Assembly (NCBI GenBank): GCA_947385945.1
Contig: CANDMY010000006.1
Span: forward strand, 1-64,000
From: an uncultured Clostridia bacterium
GTDB taxonomy: Bacteria > Bacillota > Clostridia > Lachnospirales > Lachnospiraceae
DNA length: 64,000 nt
Reading direction: 5' to 3'
Below the pieces are notes generated by a model, which saw only the letters and a list, made by a program, of their open reading frames with translations, searched no databases and was not told the origin of the DNA. Each line of letters begins with the position of its first letter. The stretch's first letter is position 1. This document shows positions 17,512-27,720 of this stretch, one piece after another. Both the position numbers and the translations under genes were made by a program.

Positions 17512-20280
17512 TTAGGATTCTTCCTGATCGAGAGAATACCATGTCCGAAACAGCTTATCTGCTATCGCCGCCGCTTTTGTACTTCCTGCTCCTCCCTCTT
17601 CTACAATCACACTCACTGCAATCTCTGGTTCCTCTGCAGGAGCAAACCCTACAAACCAAGAATGTGCCTCTTTCTTTACATCCCACTCTGCCGTTCCGGT
17701 CTTTCCTGCCACGGTATAATCCTCCGATGCAGCACGGCTTCCGGTTCCTTCTTCAACACACAGCATCATCCATTCTGTCAGTCTCTCTGCTTCTTCCTGG
17801 CTAATTGGTTCTCTGTACTTTTTTGGTCTATATTTCTTTACAGTAAATCCATGTGCATCTGTTATCCGATCTACAAAATAAGGCTTCATCATTACTCCGT
17901 CATTGGCAATCGCTGCTGCTATCATCGCCTGATGAAGCGGCGTCATCTCTGCCGTTCCCTGTCCGATTGCCGTCTGCATCTTCTCCCAGTCAGGTGAATC
18001 CTGCTTCCATTCAAATTGACTCGATACATAAGATAGGGCAATCGGTAAATCCTGATTTAGTAAAAAACTCTCACAAAGATCCGTAAACCGCTCTGCTGAA
18101 AGCTTTGATGCAATACTGGCAAAAGCCCCATTGCAGGATTTCGCAAAAGCCGTTTCAAAGGAAATTGTTCCATGTGCTTTTTTATGATAACACTGAATAA
18201 CAGCCCCCTGATACTCATAGGAACCCTCACAAGTATAGGAAAAATCGGAAATTTCTTCTGGAAATTCTCTGGCATACTCCAATGCCGTTAAAATCTTAAA
18301 TGTAGAACCAGGCGGATAACGCCCCTGCGTAGCACGATTTAATAGATAACTCTGCTCGGTATCAGGATTTTCCGAAAGCGATTCCCAGATCTCTTCTATT
18401 TGATTGGGATTATAATCCGGTTTTGAAACCATTGCAAGCACCTTTCCAGTAGAAGGCTCCATCACTACTACAGCCCCCTTTTCCTCTCCCAATGCTTCCC
18501 AAGCCGCTTTCTGAAGCGGATAATTTAACGTGGTCACAACTTGATTTCCTTTTTCTTTCTCTCCCTTTACTTCAGCCGCTATCTTTTCATAAATCGGAGC
18601 ATCGGAAGTTAAAAGCTGAAAATTATAAATCTTTTCCAGTCCGTCCTTTCCACTCTGTGAATATCCAACCACATGAGAAAACAGATTGCCAAACGGATAC
18701 TCTCTTACCTCTGTCCCATCTGCTTCTATCTTTGTCTCTGCCAAAATCTCTCCGTCCGCTGACAGAATCGATCCCCGCACAACTTTTTTAGCAAACTCTT
18801 CCTGCCTCAGATTATAGGGATTATTTACAACTTCCTTACTCTCCGCTAAAAGAAAATATCCCAGATAACACGGCATCAAAATAAACAATCCGGTAAAAAG
18901 ATACATAACCAGATAGAATTCCCGATTGCTGTTTCTTTTTTTTATTTGTATTTCTAACTCTATACTCTGCCCACAATCTGCCCTTACATCTGAATTTACA
19001 TTTGCATTTGCATCAGAAATATACAGTCCCTGTATAATCCCATACATAATCAGGGAACTCAGCATCGAACTTCCCCCATAACTGACAAACGGAATCGTTA
19101 CTCCAGTAGAAGGAATTAACTTCATCGCCCCGCCAATCGTTAAAAATACTTGGATCCCATATTCACAGGCAAGCCCTAATGCCATATATCGATAAAAACG
19201 GTGATGCATCTGAATTGCTGCATTTAAAATTAGCAAAAGACAGCCCAAGCAGATAAAAATAACACAGATCGCTACTAATCCTCCCATCTCTTCTGCAATT
19301 GCCGAAAAGAAAAAATCTTCCTCTACAACCGGAATCTGTGAAGGAGAGCCCTTATTGAGTCCGACTCCTAACCATCCTCCCGTTCCGATTGCAAAAAGAG
19401 ATTGTGCTATCTGATACCCTTTGCTTTCAATTACAGACCATGGATCTAACCATGCAGTCACTCTGGTCTGAATATGAGAAAATAGCTGATATGCTGTATA
19501 GGAAGCCGCTGCCCCCGCCGCCAGTCCGCCAAACAGATAAATCGGCTTTTTTGTAGCGACATAGACCATAAATACAAAGACCAATGAAAAGATCAATGCA
19601 CTCCCTAAATCAGTTGAAGCAACCAAAATCAAGATATGTATTGCTGCTAAAATTCCTGTTTTTACTACCTGCTTCCAGTCATTTCTTACCTCAAACATAG
19701 CAGCAATAAAAAATACATAGCTGATTTTTACAAATTCGGACGGCTGAAAAGAAACACCCAGCAGTGCAATCGATAACTTTGCACCATAACTGGTCTCTGC
19801 CAAAATTAAAACAACCAAAAGCAGCAGTGCCCCGGCAATTCCATAGAGCCATGCAAATTTTCTCAATGCCTTCCACTTTTTCATAATATAGGGAATTACT
19901 GCCATAAAGACCGTACCCAATGCCAAGATTAAAAACTGCCGATTGGCCTTCCCTATCGAAAGTCTTGCCAGCATAATAAACCCTATCACCATTAACATGC
20001 AAACCAAACTGGTTAAAATCTGCGATCCCTCTGGATAAGCTGTATGGAATAACGTCTCCATTAAAATCAGATAAACTAACTCTGCCCCATATAAAAGAAT
20101 TAAATTTTCATTGCCTGTAGAAAGAAACAAGGATAAAAAACCTAAAAAATGAACAGAAAACAGACAAATATTTAACACCGCCAGCTTTCTTTTTCTATAA
20201 TAGGCAAAAGAATAATACGTATATACCATAATCAGCAGAATAATCAGATATTTTGAAAATTCCTCTATCAGATGAATCAT
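17512..20280 (-). CDS. Fused SEDS glycosyltransferase (FtsW/RodA family) and class B penicillin-binding protein transpeptidase (922 aa)
   Basis: N-terminal part (about 430 aa) is multi-TM with SEDS-like motifs. The C-terminal part has the PBP dimerisation and transpeptidase domain with SxxK 'STFK', SxN 'SCN' and 'KTGT' motifs. Confidence 0.75.
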   Translation of the reverse strand: MIHLIEEFSKYLIILLIMVYTYYSFAYYRKRKLAVLNICLFSVHFLGFLSLFLSTGNENLILLYGAELVYLILMETLFHTAYPEGSQILTSLVCMLMVIGFIMLARLSIGKANRQFLILALGTVFMAVIPYIMKKWKALRKFAWLYGIAGALLLLVVLILAETSYGAKLSIALLGVSFQPSEFVKISYVFFIAAMFEVRNDWKQVVKTGILAAIHILILVASTDLGSALIFSLVFVFMVYVATKKPIYLFGGLAAGAAASYTAYQLFSHIQTRVTAWLDPWSVIESKGYQIAQSLFAIGTGGWLGVGLNKGSPSQIPVVEEDFFFSAIAEEMGGLVAICVIFICLGCLLLILNAAIQMHHRFYRYMALGLACEYGIQVFLTIGGAMKLIPSTGVTIPFVSYGGSSMLSSLIMYGIIQGLYISDANANVNSDVRADCGQSIELEIQIKKRNSNREFYLVMYLFTGLFILMPCYLGYFLLAESKEVVNNPYNLRQEEFAKKVVRGSILSADGEILAETKIEADGTEVREYPFGNLFSHVVGYSQSGKDGLEKIYNFQLLTSDAPIYEKIAAEVKGEKEKGNQVVTTLNYPLQKAAWEALGEEKGAVVVMEPSTGKVLAMVSKPDYNPNQIEEIWESLSENPDTEQSYLLNRATQGRYPPGSTFKILTALEYAREFPEEISDFSYTCEGSYEYQGAVIQCYHKKAHGTISFETAFAKSCNGAFASIASKLSAERFTDLCESFLLNQDLPIALSYVSSQFEWKQDSPDWEKMQTAIGQGTAEMTPLHQAMIAAAIANDGVMMKPYFVDRITDAHGFTVKKYRPKKYREPISQEEAERLTEWMMLCVEEGTGSRAASEDYTVAGKTGTAEWDVKKEAHSWFVGFAPAEEPEIAVSVIVEEGGAGSTKAAAIADKLFRTWYSLDQEES

Positions 20281-20301
20281 ACTCTACTACCTCCCTTGTA
20301 C

Positions 20302-22596
20302 TTACTCAACCCCCCGTTTTAAATGCCCTCTGGTAAATGCAAAAGGTTCTTCTAAAAATATCCTATTCTTCCGATATGCCTGAATAAATTTCGAAAGAAT
20401 TTCCGTCATCTCCGCTACTGACTCCAAAGTAAAATCCAATCGTACCGCAGCAGGTGCAATCCGATCCACTTCTTTTTTTGCACTTAAAAGAGAAAGCGGC
20501 TTACAGTTATAAATTTTATTATAACAAAACTTACATCTGTTTTTTACGATAAATTCATTGTGATAGCGATCCGTCAGTGTTAAAATGCCCGCCTGCTTCT
20601 TACACCCCTTCTTATTTTTCATAATACACTGTGCCGATACCATCATAGGAAGATAGCCATAGACAATCAATTCACTCTTTTGATCGGCTATCTGTGCCAA
20701 TTCCTTTCCGTTTAACTCCAAAGGAAGCGTAATCCACTCTGCTTTCCACTGTTCTTCAAATACCCGCATACTCTCAGAATTAAATCCATAAAGCGTAGAA
20801 TCAAACCGAATCGAAACAGATTCTTTTCTCTCCCTATTCTTCTCCCTAACAAAAGAAAGCTCATCTAAATTTCTTACAACAAATCCGTCTATCCCTGCCT
20901 GCAATAACAGCTCATACTCCTGCTCTAACCACGCCTGCTCCAGATCTCGAAAGACAGGAGGCAGCATACAGTAAAACTGCTTTTTAGGAAACTGTTCCCG
21001 ATAACGTTTTATCTCCGCTGCCGAAAACTCACCGGCGTCCAAATAAATGGCAGAAATCTCCGAAAACGCCGCTGCCGCTGCTACATACTCCTTTTTTTCC
21101 AGATATACATGAATCGGATAAAACGGCTGATCTGTAAAATCCACCTGTTTTTCGGTCTTTTTCCTATGATTTTCTCTGCAGAGTTCCTCTTCCTCACTGC
21201 GGCAATAAGGCTGCAGCAAAAATTTCTGCAGCTGCTCTAATGCCCTTCTTCGCAGTTCATTTAATTCCGTTACACGAATAAAACTTTTCCCGTCTGTCTG
21301 AACAGAAAGCTCCGAAAAATAAAAAGGCGTACCGCCAGTTTTCTCTATCTGTCTGCGAATATTTTCCTGTGTAATTGGCTGTTTTTGTGCCAAAGCCACT
21401 TCTTCTCCCCATACCGTTACCCTATTTCCTTCTTCCTCTACCGTAAGTTCTGCTCTCTCTCCGCACTGCACCACAACCTTTCCGCAGACAGCCTCCTGAA
21501 GCTCTTCAGCAAGAAATTTTTTTCGAATATTTTTTATTAACTCCTGATTTCTGCTTTCATTCTCTCCCTCTTTCCCCTGAAAAAATATCATATCTTTTCC
21601 GTTTCTTTCTACATAATATCCCTTTGTAAATCCACCCCGATTATAGAGATCATATAGAATCTTTTTATCCTTATCCGACACCAAAAAACGCTCTCTTCCA
21701 TACTCCAAATACCAATCTAAATATTTTCGATAGATACTAACTACTCCTGCTGTATACTCTAATTTTTTCATTCTGCCTTCAATTTTAAGAGAATACACTC
21801 CCGCCTCTAAAATATCCGGCAGCAGTTCAATACTGCACAAATCCTTTGGACTTAAAAAATACCGTTCTTCCTTCTGACCTTTCTGTCCTCCCGGTTCACC
21901 AACCTGATAAGGCAGACGGCAGGGCTGTGCACAACGTCCCCTATTTCCGCTTCTTCCTCCTGCCAAACTGCTAAATAAACACTGCCCGGAATAGCAGTAG
22001 CAAAGTGCCCCATGTACAAAGCTCTCTATCTCTAAAGTCTCTAGCCCCTTTGTTCTATGAATCTTTCGAATCTCTTCCAATGAAAGTTCCCGTGCCATTA
22101 CCACCCGGGCAGCCCCCATTTCTTTTAAAAGTTTTGCCCCATAGACTCCCGTCAATGTCATCTGTGTACTAGCGTGAATTGGAAGCTTTGGAAAATTCCT
22201 TTGAATAAAAGAAAATACCCCGATATCCTGCACAATAACGGCGTCTAACCCCTGCCGATAAAAAGGCAGCAGATAAGAGTACAGCTTTTCTTCCATCTCC
22301 TCTTCCTTCAATAAAGTATTCACTGTCAAATACAACTTTCTCTTATGAAGATGCACAAAATCAATTGCTGATAATAAAGCTTCGGTATCTAAATTGTTGG
22401 CATAAGCCCTTGCACCAAATAAATTTCCCCCCAAATAAACGGCATCTGCTCCTGCCAAAACAGCCGCTTCCATCGTCTCATAAGAACCAGCAGGTGCCAG
22501 CAGTTCTGCCCTTTTTGCATGATGCACGTTATATTCCTGTCTTTTCTCTAAATCCATACCTCTTCTAACATACTTCCTTTCTAAAAAGAATGTCAT
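20302..22596 (-). CDS. Peptidase U32 family protein (collagenase-like / RlhA-TrhP-like), long form with a C-terminal extension
   Basis: N-terminal 'ELLAPAGS' and the U32 signature region 'E.F.HGALC..YSGQC..S' are present. A GGAG RBS lies before the ATG at 22596. The further upstream ATG lacks an RBS. Confidence 0.75.
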   Translation of the reverse strand: MTFFLERKYVRRGMDLEKRQEYNVHHAKRAELLAPAGSYETMEAAVLAGADAVYLGGNLFGARAYANNLDTEALLSAIDFVHLHKRKLYLTVNTLLKEEEMEEKLYSYLLPFYRQGLDAVIVQDIGVFSFIQRNFPKLPIHASTQMTLTGVYGAKLLKEMGAARVVMARELSLEEIRKIHRTKGLETLEIESFVHGALCYCYSGQCLFSSLAGGRSGNRGRCAQPCRLPYQVGEPGGQKGQKEERYFLSPKDLCSIELLPDILEAGVYSLKIEGRMKKLEYTAGVVSIYRKYLDWYLEYGRERFLVSDKDKKILYDLYNRGGFTKGYYVERNGKDMIFFQGKEGENESRNQELIKNIRKKFLAEELQEAVCGKVVVQCGERAELTVEEEGNRVTVWGEEVALAQKQPITQENIRRQIEKTGGTPFYFSELSVQTDGKSFIRVTELNELRRRALEQLQKFLLQPYCRSEEEELCRENHRKKTEKQVDFTDQPFYPIHVYLEKKEYVAAAAAFSEISAIYLDAGEFSAAEIKRYREQFPKKQFYCMLPPVFRDLEQAWLEQEYELLLQAGIDGFVVRNLDELSFVREKNRERKESVSIRFDSTLYGFNSESMRVFEEQWKAEWITLPLELNGKELAQIADQKSELIVYGYLPMMVSAQCIMKNKKGCKKQAGILTLTDRYHNEFIVKNRCKFCYNKIYNCKPLSLLSAKKEVDRIAPAAVRLDFTLESVAEMTEILSKFIQAYRKNRIFLEEPFAFTRGHLKRGVE

Positions 22597-22632
22597 GTCT
22601 TTCTCCTGAGAATGACATGACATGTTCTATTC

Positions 22633-23097
22633 TTATTTATCCTGTTTTTCATTCTTATGCTGCCCATCTTTACTTTTCTCTTCCTTTTGTACCGTTTTCG
22701 TATGTGTTGCTTCTGCCTCTAAACGAATAATCGTCTTCTCCTGTTCACTCACTGTCCTTCGAAGAGCTTCCAATTCCAGTTCTTCCTCCTCCATACGAAT
22801 CTTTAATCCTACTAACTCATGTTTTAAATTCGAAATCTCCTTATTGCGATCCTCCAATTCCAAACTTGCTGTATCTGCACTTTTCTTTGCTTTATAATAA
22901 TCATCTGCCACATTTAGATACATTAGGATATTTTGTACCTCTCGGTTCTGACGTTTATATCCCTCTGCCATACGTACCTCAGAAAGTTTCGCATTAATAT
23001 ATGCAGCCACTTTATTTAGATATTCCGGGTCTTCATATCCGCTTAATGTATATACTTTTCCGTCAATAACCACCTGTACATTGTTCTTTAGTGCCAT
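22633..23097 (-). CDS. zapA: Cell division protein ZapA-like with a C-terminal coiled-coil extension
   Basis: N-terminal 'VVIDGKVYTLSGYEDPEYLNKVAAYINAKL' is typical of ZapA. It sits immediately upstream of the U32 peptidase. Confidence 0.7.
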   Translation of the reverse strand: MALKNNVQVVIDGKVYTLSGYEDPEYLNKVAAYINAKLSEVRMAEGYKRQNREVQNILMYLNVADDYYKAKKSADTASLELEDRNKEISNLKHELVGLKIRMEEEELELEALRRTVSEQEKTIIRLEAEATHTKTVQKEEKSKDGQHKNEKQDK

Positions 23098-23217
23098 CCA
23101 GTATCCTCTCCCTGTATCATTCTTCCTCTGTTATTAAACCTTATTATAATCAATTTCAGAAAAAAGCACAAGCACTTTATAAGAGGATTTTCTTTTCCAA
23201 AATTTTCCTTCTCCTTA

Positions 23218-24207
23218 TTATTTTAATCCCAAATGCTGATAAGCCAGATCTGTTACAATTCTTCCGCGAGGTGTCCGCTGCAAAAATCCATTCTGAATCA
23301 GATAAGGCTCAATCACTTCCTCTAAGGTCCCCGCATCCTCTCCCAATGCCGCTGCCAACGTATCCAATCCACAAGGACCTCCTGCGAACTTTTGTATCAA
23401 AGTAAGCAAAAACATCCGATCACTATTATCTAGTCCATACTTATCCACTTCCAGCAAATCCAAAGCAAAATTTGCCACGCTCTCCGTAATCACCCCATTA
23501 TACTTCACCTGTGCAAAATCCCGCACTCTTCTCAACAGCCGATTGGCAAGCCGAGGAGTCCCCCGGCTTCTTCTAGCCATCTCCATTGCCCCTGCCGGCT
23601 CTATCTCCACTTTCAATACCTTAGCTGAGCGAAGTAAAATTGTCTGCAGTTCTTCCGGCGTATAAAATTCCAATCGATGAATCACCCCAAACCGATCCCG
23701 AAGAGGTGCCGTTAAAAGTCCTGCCCTAGTCGTAGCCCCCACCAGAGTAAACTTTGGCAAATCCAGCCGAATCGATCGTGCCGTAGCCCCCTTTCCAATC
23801 ACAATATCAATTGCAAAATCTTCCATTGCCGGATAGAGTACCTCTTCCACCTGCCGGTTTAACCGATGAATTTCATCAATAAACAGCACATCTCCCTCCT
23901 GCAGATTATTTAAAATAGCCGCTATTTCCCCCGGTTTTTCAATCGCAGGACCAGAAGTAATCTTCATATTTGTTCCCATCTCATTGGCAATAATTCCTGC
24001 AAGTGTCGTCTTCCCCAGTCCGGGAGGACCATAAAACAATACATGATCTAATGGCTCTTTTCGGCTCTTTGCAGCCTCAATATATATTTTAAGATTTTCC
24101 TTTGCCTTTGCCTGTCCAATATAGTCCTTTAAAAGCTGTGGTCTAAGATGATTTTCCACACTGCTGTCTTCTTCTGTCAGCTCTGTTGTTATAATTCTCT
24201 TTGCCAT
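23218..24207 (-). CDS. ruvB: Holliday junction branch migration helicase RuvB
   Basis: Walker A 'GPPGLGKTT', 'FIDEIHRL', arginine finger and winged-helix C-terminus. About 329 aa. Confidence 0.95.
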   Translation of the reverse strand: MAKRIITTELTEEDSSVENHLRPQLLKDYIGQAKAKENLKIYIEAAKSRKEPLDHVLFYGPPGLGKTTLAGIIANEMGTNMKITSGPAIEKPGEIAAILNNLQEGDVLFIDEIHRLNRQVEEVLYPAMEDFAIDIVIGKGATARSIRLDLPKFTLVGATTRAGLLTAPLRDRFGVIHRLEFYTPEELQTILLRSAKVLKVEIEPAGAMEMARRSRGTPRLANRLLRRVRDFAQVKYNGVITESVANFALDLLEVDKYGLDNSDRMFLLTLIQKFAGGPCGLDTLAAALGEDAGTLEEVIEPYLIQNGFLQRTPRGRIVTDLAYQHLGLK

Positions 24208-24223
24208 ATATAACCCTTCCGTC

Positions 24224-24832
24224 CTACCGACTGATCGTTTTTAAAGAAGCCTTTAGCAACGCTTCTACTGTCATTTCTTCTGTCACTGTTACCGCCCGAA
24301 CCGCACGAAGAGCATCTGTCGGACTATATCCTAAAGCCGTCAATGCCTGCACCGCCTCATTCTGAATCTCTGCAGTCTGTCCCAAGAGCGACTTCTCCTC
24401 ATTTGCTATCTTCTGCTCAAATGCCTCTTCTAACTTTAATTTATCCTTTAATTCAATTACCATCTTCTGTGCTGTCTTGTTTCCGATTCCAGGTGCTTTT
24501 GCAATCGTTTTCGCATCTCCCGCCAATACGGCAAACCGCAGTTCATCTGCAGAAATGGTAGAAAGAATGGCTAAAGCTCCCTTTGGACCTATCCCGCTTA
24601 CCCCTAAAAGAAGCCGAAAAATATTCATGTCATCTCTATTTAAAAATCCATATAAATCCAAAATATCTTCCCTTACATAGAGATATGTAAAAATTTGAAT
24701 TTCACTGCCCACTGCCGGAAGCTTAGCAATAACAGCAGCAGGAACCCGTATTAAATACCCGATTCCATGATTCTCTACAACTGCAAAATCGGTACCAGCT
24801 TCTTTTAATTCCCCTTTAATATAATAAATCAT
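24224..24832 (-). CDS. ruvA: Holliday junction DNA helicase RuvA
   Basis: About 202 aa with HhH motifs '[17 protein letters not shown]' and '[13 protein letters not shown]'. Directly upstream of ruvB. Confidence 0.9.
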   Translation of the reverse strand: MIYYIKGELKEAGTDFAVVENHGIGYLIRVPAAVIAKLPAVGSEIQIFTYLYVREDILDLYGFLNRDDMNIFRLLLGVSGIGPKGALAILSTISADELRFAVLAGDAKTIAKAPGIGNKTAQKMVIELKDKLKLEEAFEQKIANEEKSLLGQTAEIQNEAVQALTALGYSPTDALRAVRAVTVTEEMTVEALLKASLKTISR

Positions 24833-25026
24833 TGTGGTTCTCCTTACCCATAGTGTTACAAACCTGCTTCGATTAATCGAACATATATACGATTGTAGCA
24901 GATTTTCTATTATCTGACAAGACCTTAATTCGAATCGATCGAATAGTAATCTGATTGTTTATAGTGAGCCAGAAAATTATTTATAGTGAGCCGAATGATT
25001 GTTTATGGCGATCCGGACGATTGCAT

Positions 25027-25150
25027 CTGCTGGTGAATCCCTGCTGGGGCCGTTTGCACTAAGGCTTCCTCGCAGCGGACACATAAGGCACGAAAGTACC
25101 GTGCCTAAGTGCCGGCGGGAAGCAATACCCCTGCAGGGATTCACCAGCAG
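25027..25150 (+). repeat. F2 structured repeat, copy 1. Core is 'tgctggggccgtttgcactaaggcttcctcgcagcggacacataaggcacgaaa..accgtgcctaagtgccggcgggaagcaatacccctgca', closed by the variable stem 'ctgctggtgaatccc/gggattcaccagcag'.
   Basis: Core repeated at 25785, 36195 and 36751(-). An internal hairpin 'aggcacg-aaa..ac-cgtgcct' is visible. Confidence 0.85.
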
Positions 25151-25192
25151 CTACAATCTGTCTATCTCAACGGAATGTTTGATAGAATCGCT

Positions 25193-25459
25193 TTACCAAG
25201 TTGTTTTCTGATCTTTATGTGTATAATGTTTCATCTGTACTAATAAATTGGACAATTTTTCTTGATAATATTCTTTCTGTTTTTCATCCAGTTTATTTGC
25301 ATCAAGATATTCCTGAAAAACCTTTTGAAATTCCTTTAAATTTTCTTGTGCTGCGTCTTTATAATTATTTGACATATTCATTTGTATCTTTTGTAAAATT
25401 GTCTCTAACTGAGCATTTTTCTTTGCTTTATTTTTCAGATCTTTAAAAAATAAAAACAC
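25193..25459 (-). CDS. Hypothetical small Lys/Glu-rich protein (88 aa)
   Basis: Intact ORF between two F2 copies. No recognisable domain. Whether it is coding is uncertain. Confidence 0.35.
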   Translation of the reverse strand: MFLFFKDLKNKAKKNAQLETILQKIQMNMSNNYKDAAQENLKEFQKVFQEYLDANKLDEKQKEYYQEKLSNLLVQMKHYTHKDQKTTW

Positions 25460-25667
25460 GGATTTAATTTAACCTCCTAAATCTTTAAATTAAAAACATA
25501 TCGCCTATTTTATATAAAAATGCGGAGAGAAATCCATATTTTTCCTCTCCGATCTATTTACCATCTCTATTATAAAAGCAGCCTTAAAATTTTTCAACTA
25601 TATTTTATTATAAATATAATATTCCATGTAAAACATAGGAAAATTTTCACTAAAGCATAAAAATCAA

Positions 25668-25770
25668 AGGAAATTCGCAATCCGCTTCACTACTCGCTCA
25701 TAACCTCATAGCCACTATCGCAACTTTTCAATGAAAGTCTAAAGTCTGCACTTCCTTGATGAGGTTAAAA
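25668..25770 (+). repeat. F3 structured repeat, copy 2 (internally deleted)
   Basis: Shares F3 5' part 'ggaaattcgcaatccgct..ctcataacctcatagc..ctatcgca' and 3' end 'cttccttgatgaggttaaa'. Confidence 0.7.
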
Positions 25771-25784
25771 TAAGGTACAAAACA

Positions 25785-25923
25785 GCTCGCCCTAAGGGAT
25801 CTTTCTTTGCTGGGGCCGTTTGCACTAAGGCTTCCTCGCAGCGGACACATAAGGCACGAAAAGACCGTGCCTAAGTGCCGGCGGGAAGCAATACCCCTGC
25901 AAAGAAAGATCCCTTAGGGCGAG
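25785..25923 (+). repeat. F2 structured repeat, copy 2. Closing stem is 'gctcgccctaagggatctttcttt / aagaaagatcccttagggcgagc'.
   Basis: Identical core. A different, perfectly complementary closing stem. Confidence 0.85.
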
Positions 25924-26031
25924 CGTCAGGACTACCCAAAACAATTCTAAATCAAACAATCCCAAACCACTCCAAACAATCGAAACTCTACAATAAATGA
26001 AAAACTTAGTATAAAATATATTATACCTATT

Positions 26032-27459
26032 CTATTTATTCTCCGTCTGAGGCAGACTAATCCGCACAAACCGCCTTAAAAACTCCCGTCCATTAAAAGG
26101 AAACAACGGATACAAATAACTCTTTCCCGAAAGCGTGCGATTCTGACAAATACAAAATACCGCAAACAAAATTCCAAATCCATATCCCCAAACATCCAAT
26201 ATCTGTGTAAGCAGCAAGGTAATCAACCGCATAAACTTAAGTGCAAACCCCAGCTCAAAACTAGGCTGCGAATAATTTGCCAACACCACAAAAGCCATAT
26301 AAAGCATAGACTCCGAATTAAACCACCCCGACTGTACCGCATAATCTCCTAATACTAAACCCGCAATTACGCTTAAAGGCGTACTAAGCATATTAGGTGT
26401 ATTCACAGCCGCAAGCCGCAACCCATCAATCGCAAATTCCAAAATAATCAACTGCCAAATCAAAGGAACCTGTATCTCTTCAGCCGGAAAGATAAACGCA
26501 AGCCATTCTGGAACCCACTCTGGATTTTTCATAAGCAACAGCCAAGTAGGTGTCAAAATCATTGTCAAGATCGTAATAATAAATCGTGACACTCTAAGAT
26601 AAGTCCCTGTAACAGGAGGAAAATAATAATCATCTGCTTCCTCTAAAATATCAAATACCGAACAAGGCAGAATCATAGCGGAAGGAGAATTATCTACTAA
26701 AACCGCAATCCCTCCTTCCAATATCGATGCCGCTGCCGTATCTGGACGCTCGGTATATTTATACTTCGGAAACGGATTCCACCATCCCCTTCTATAGAGA
26801 CATTCCGCCAAACTCTCCTGATTCATAGTCAATGCATCAATATCAATTTTTTTAATTCTCTGAATCAACTCCTTTAAAAATTCAGGATCGACACGATCTC
26901 TCATATAGCAGACAGCTATATCCGTCTTAGAAGAACGCCCCACTGTATAGATCTCATTTGTCAATTCCGTACTTCGAATTCGGCGGCGAATTAATGCCGT
27001 ATTGGATACCATCGTTTCTACAAATCCATCCCTAGAACCACGCATTACCCTATCTTTTTCCGGTTCCTCTACTCCCCTTGACGGATAACTTCTGCAGTCA
27101 ATCAGATAAGCTTCCTGATACCCCTCTACAAACATTGCAACCACACCGGAAAGTACATTTTTTATAATCGTATCCTCTTTTGTCTCTAATTCCACCTCTA
27201 AATAAGACAAATATTTTTTAGAAAATCCTGCTGCATCGGACGGCATATCCTCTTTTTTAATACTAACAAAAGATGCCATTAACTTCTGCATATCGTCATC
27301 TTTTACAAAACCATTTACAAAAAAATAAACTGCATTTCGCTCACCAATCAAAAGTTCTTTATATAAAATATCAAAACTATCCTCTGTCCGCAAAAGCTGC
27401 TGGAACCGTTTTAAGGTATTTTGAAAATTCAGCTGATCTGTCTTATCCATTCCTCCCAC
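26032..27459 (-). CDS. Spore germination protein, GerA-family A subunit / SpoVAF-like
   Basis: About 475 aa. Soluble N-terminal domain, then a C-terminal multi-TM region, with the family-typical 'ILEGGIAVLVDNSPSAMILP' segment. No GerB/GerC partners are adjacent. Confidence 0.7.
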   Translation of the reverse strand: MGGMDKTDQLNFQNTLKRFQQLLRTEDSFDILYKELLIGERNAVYFFVNGFVKDDDMQKLMASFVSIKKEDMPSDAAGFSKKYLSYLEVELETKEDTIIKNVLSGVVAMFVEGYQEAYLIDCRSYPSRGVEEPEKDRVMRGSRDGFVETMVSNTALIRRRIRSTELTNEIYTVGRSSKTDIAVCYMRDRVDPEFLKELIQRIKKIDIDALTMNQESLAECLYRRGWWNPFPKYKYTERPDTAAASILEGGIAVLVDNSPSAMILPCSVFDILEEADDYYFPPVTGTYLRVSRFIITILTMILTPTWLLLMKNPEWVPEWLAFIFPAEEIQVPLIWQLIILEFAIDGLRLAAVNTPNMLSTPLSVIAGLVLGDYAVQSGWFNSESMLYMAFVVLANYSQPSFELGFALKFMRLITLLLTQILDVWGYGFGILFAVFCICQNRTLSGKSYLYPLFPFNGREFLRRFVRISLPQTENK

Positions 27460-27720
27460 CCTCTCCTTATTTTTTATTTTTCTTCAAGATAGTATCTTCT
27501 TAATCTATCCGAAATATACAAAATTTAATAAGGAGATTTTTTCCACTTTCCTATTGGCACAATTCTTTCTCAATCAAATTATAATTATGTTTTAACTTTA
27601 TCACAGTTTCTTTTTTATCAAATTTATCAAAGAAAGAGACTACTGCAATCAGGTATAACATCCTTTACACAATAGTCTCTTTCCTTTTTATTTCTATTCG
27701 AACTCTTTATTTTTATTTCT

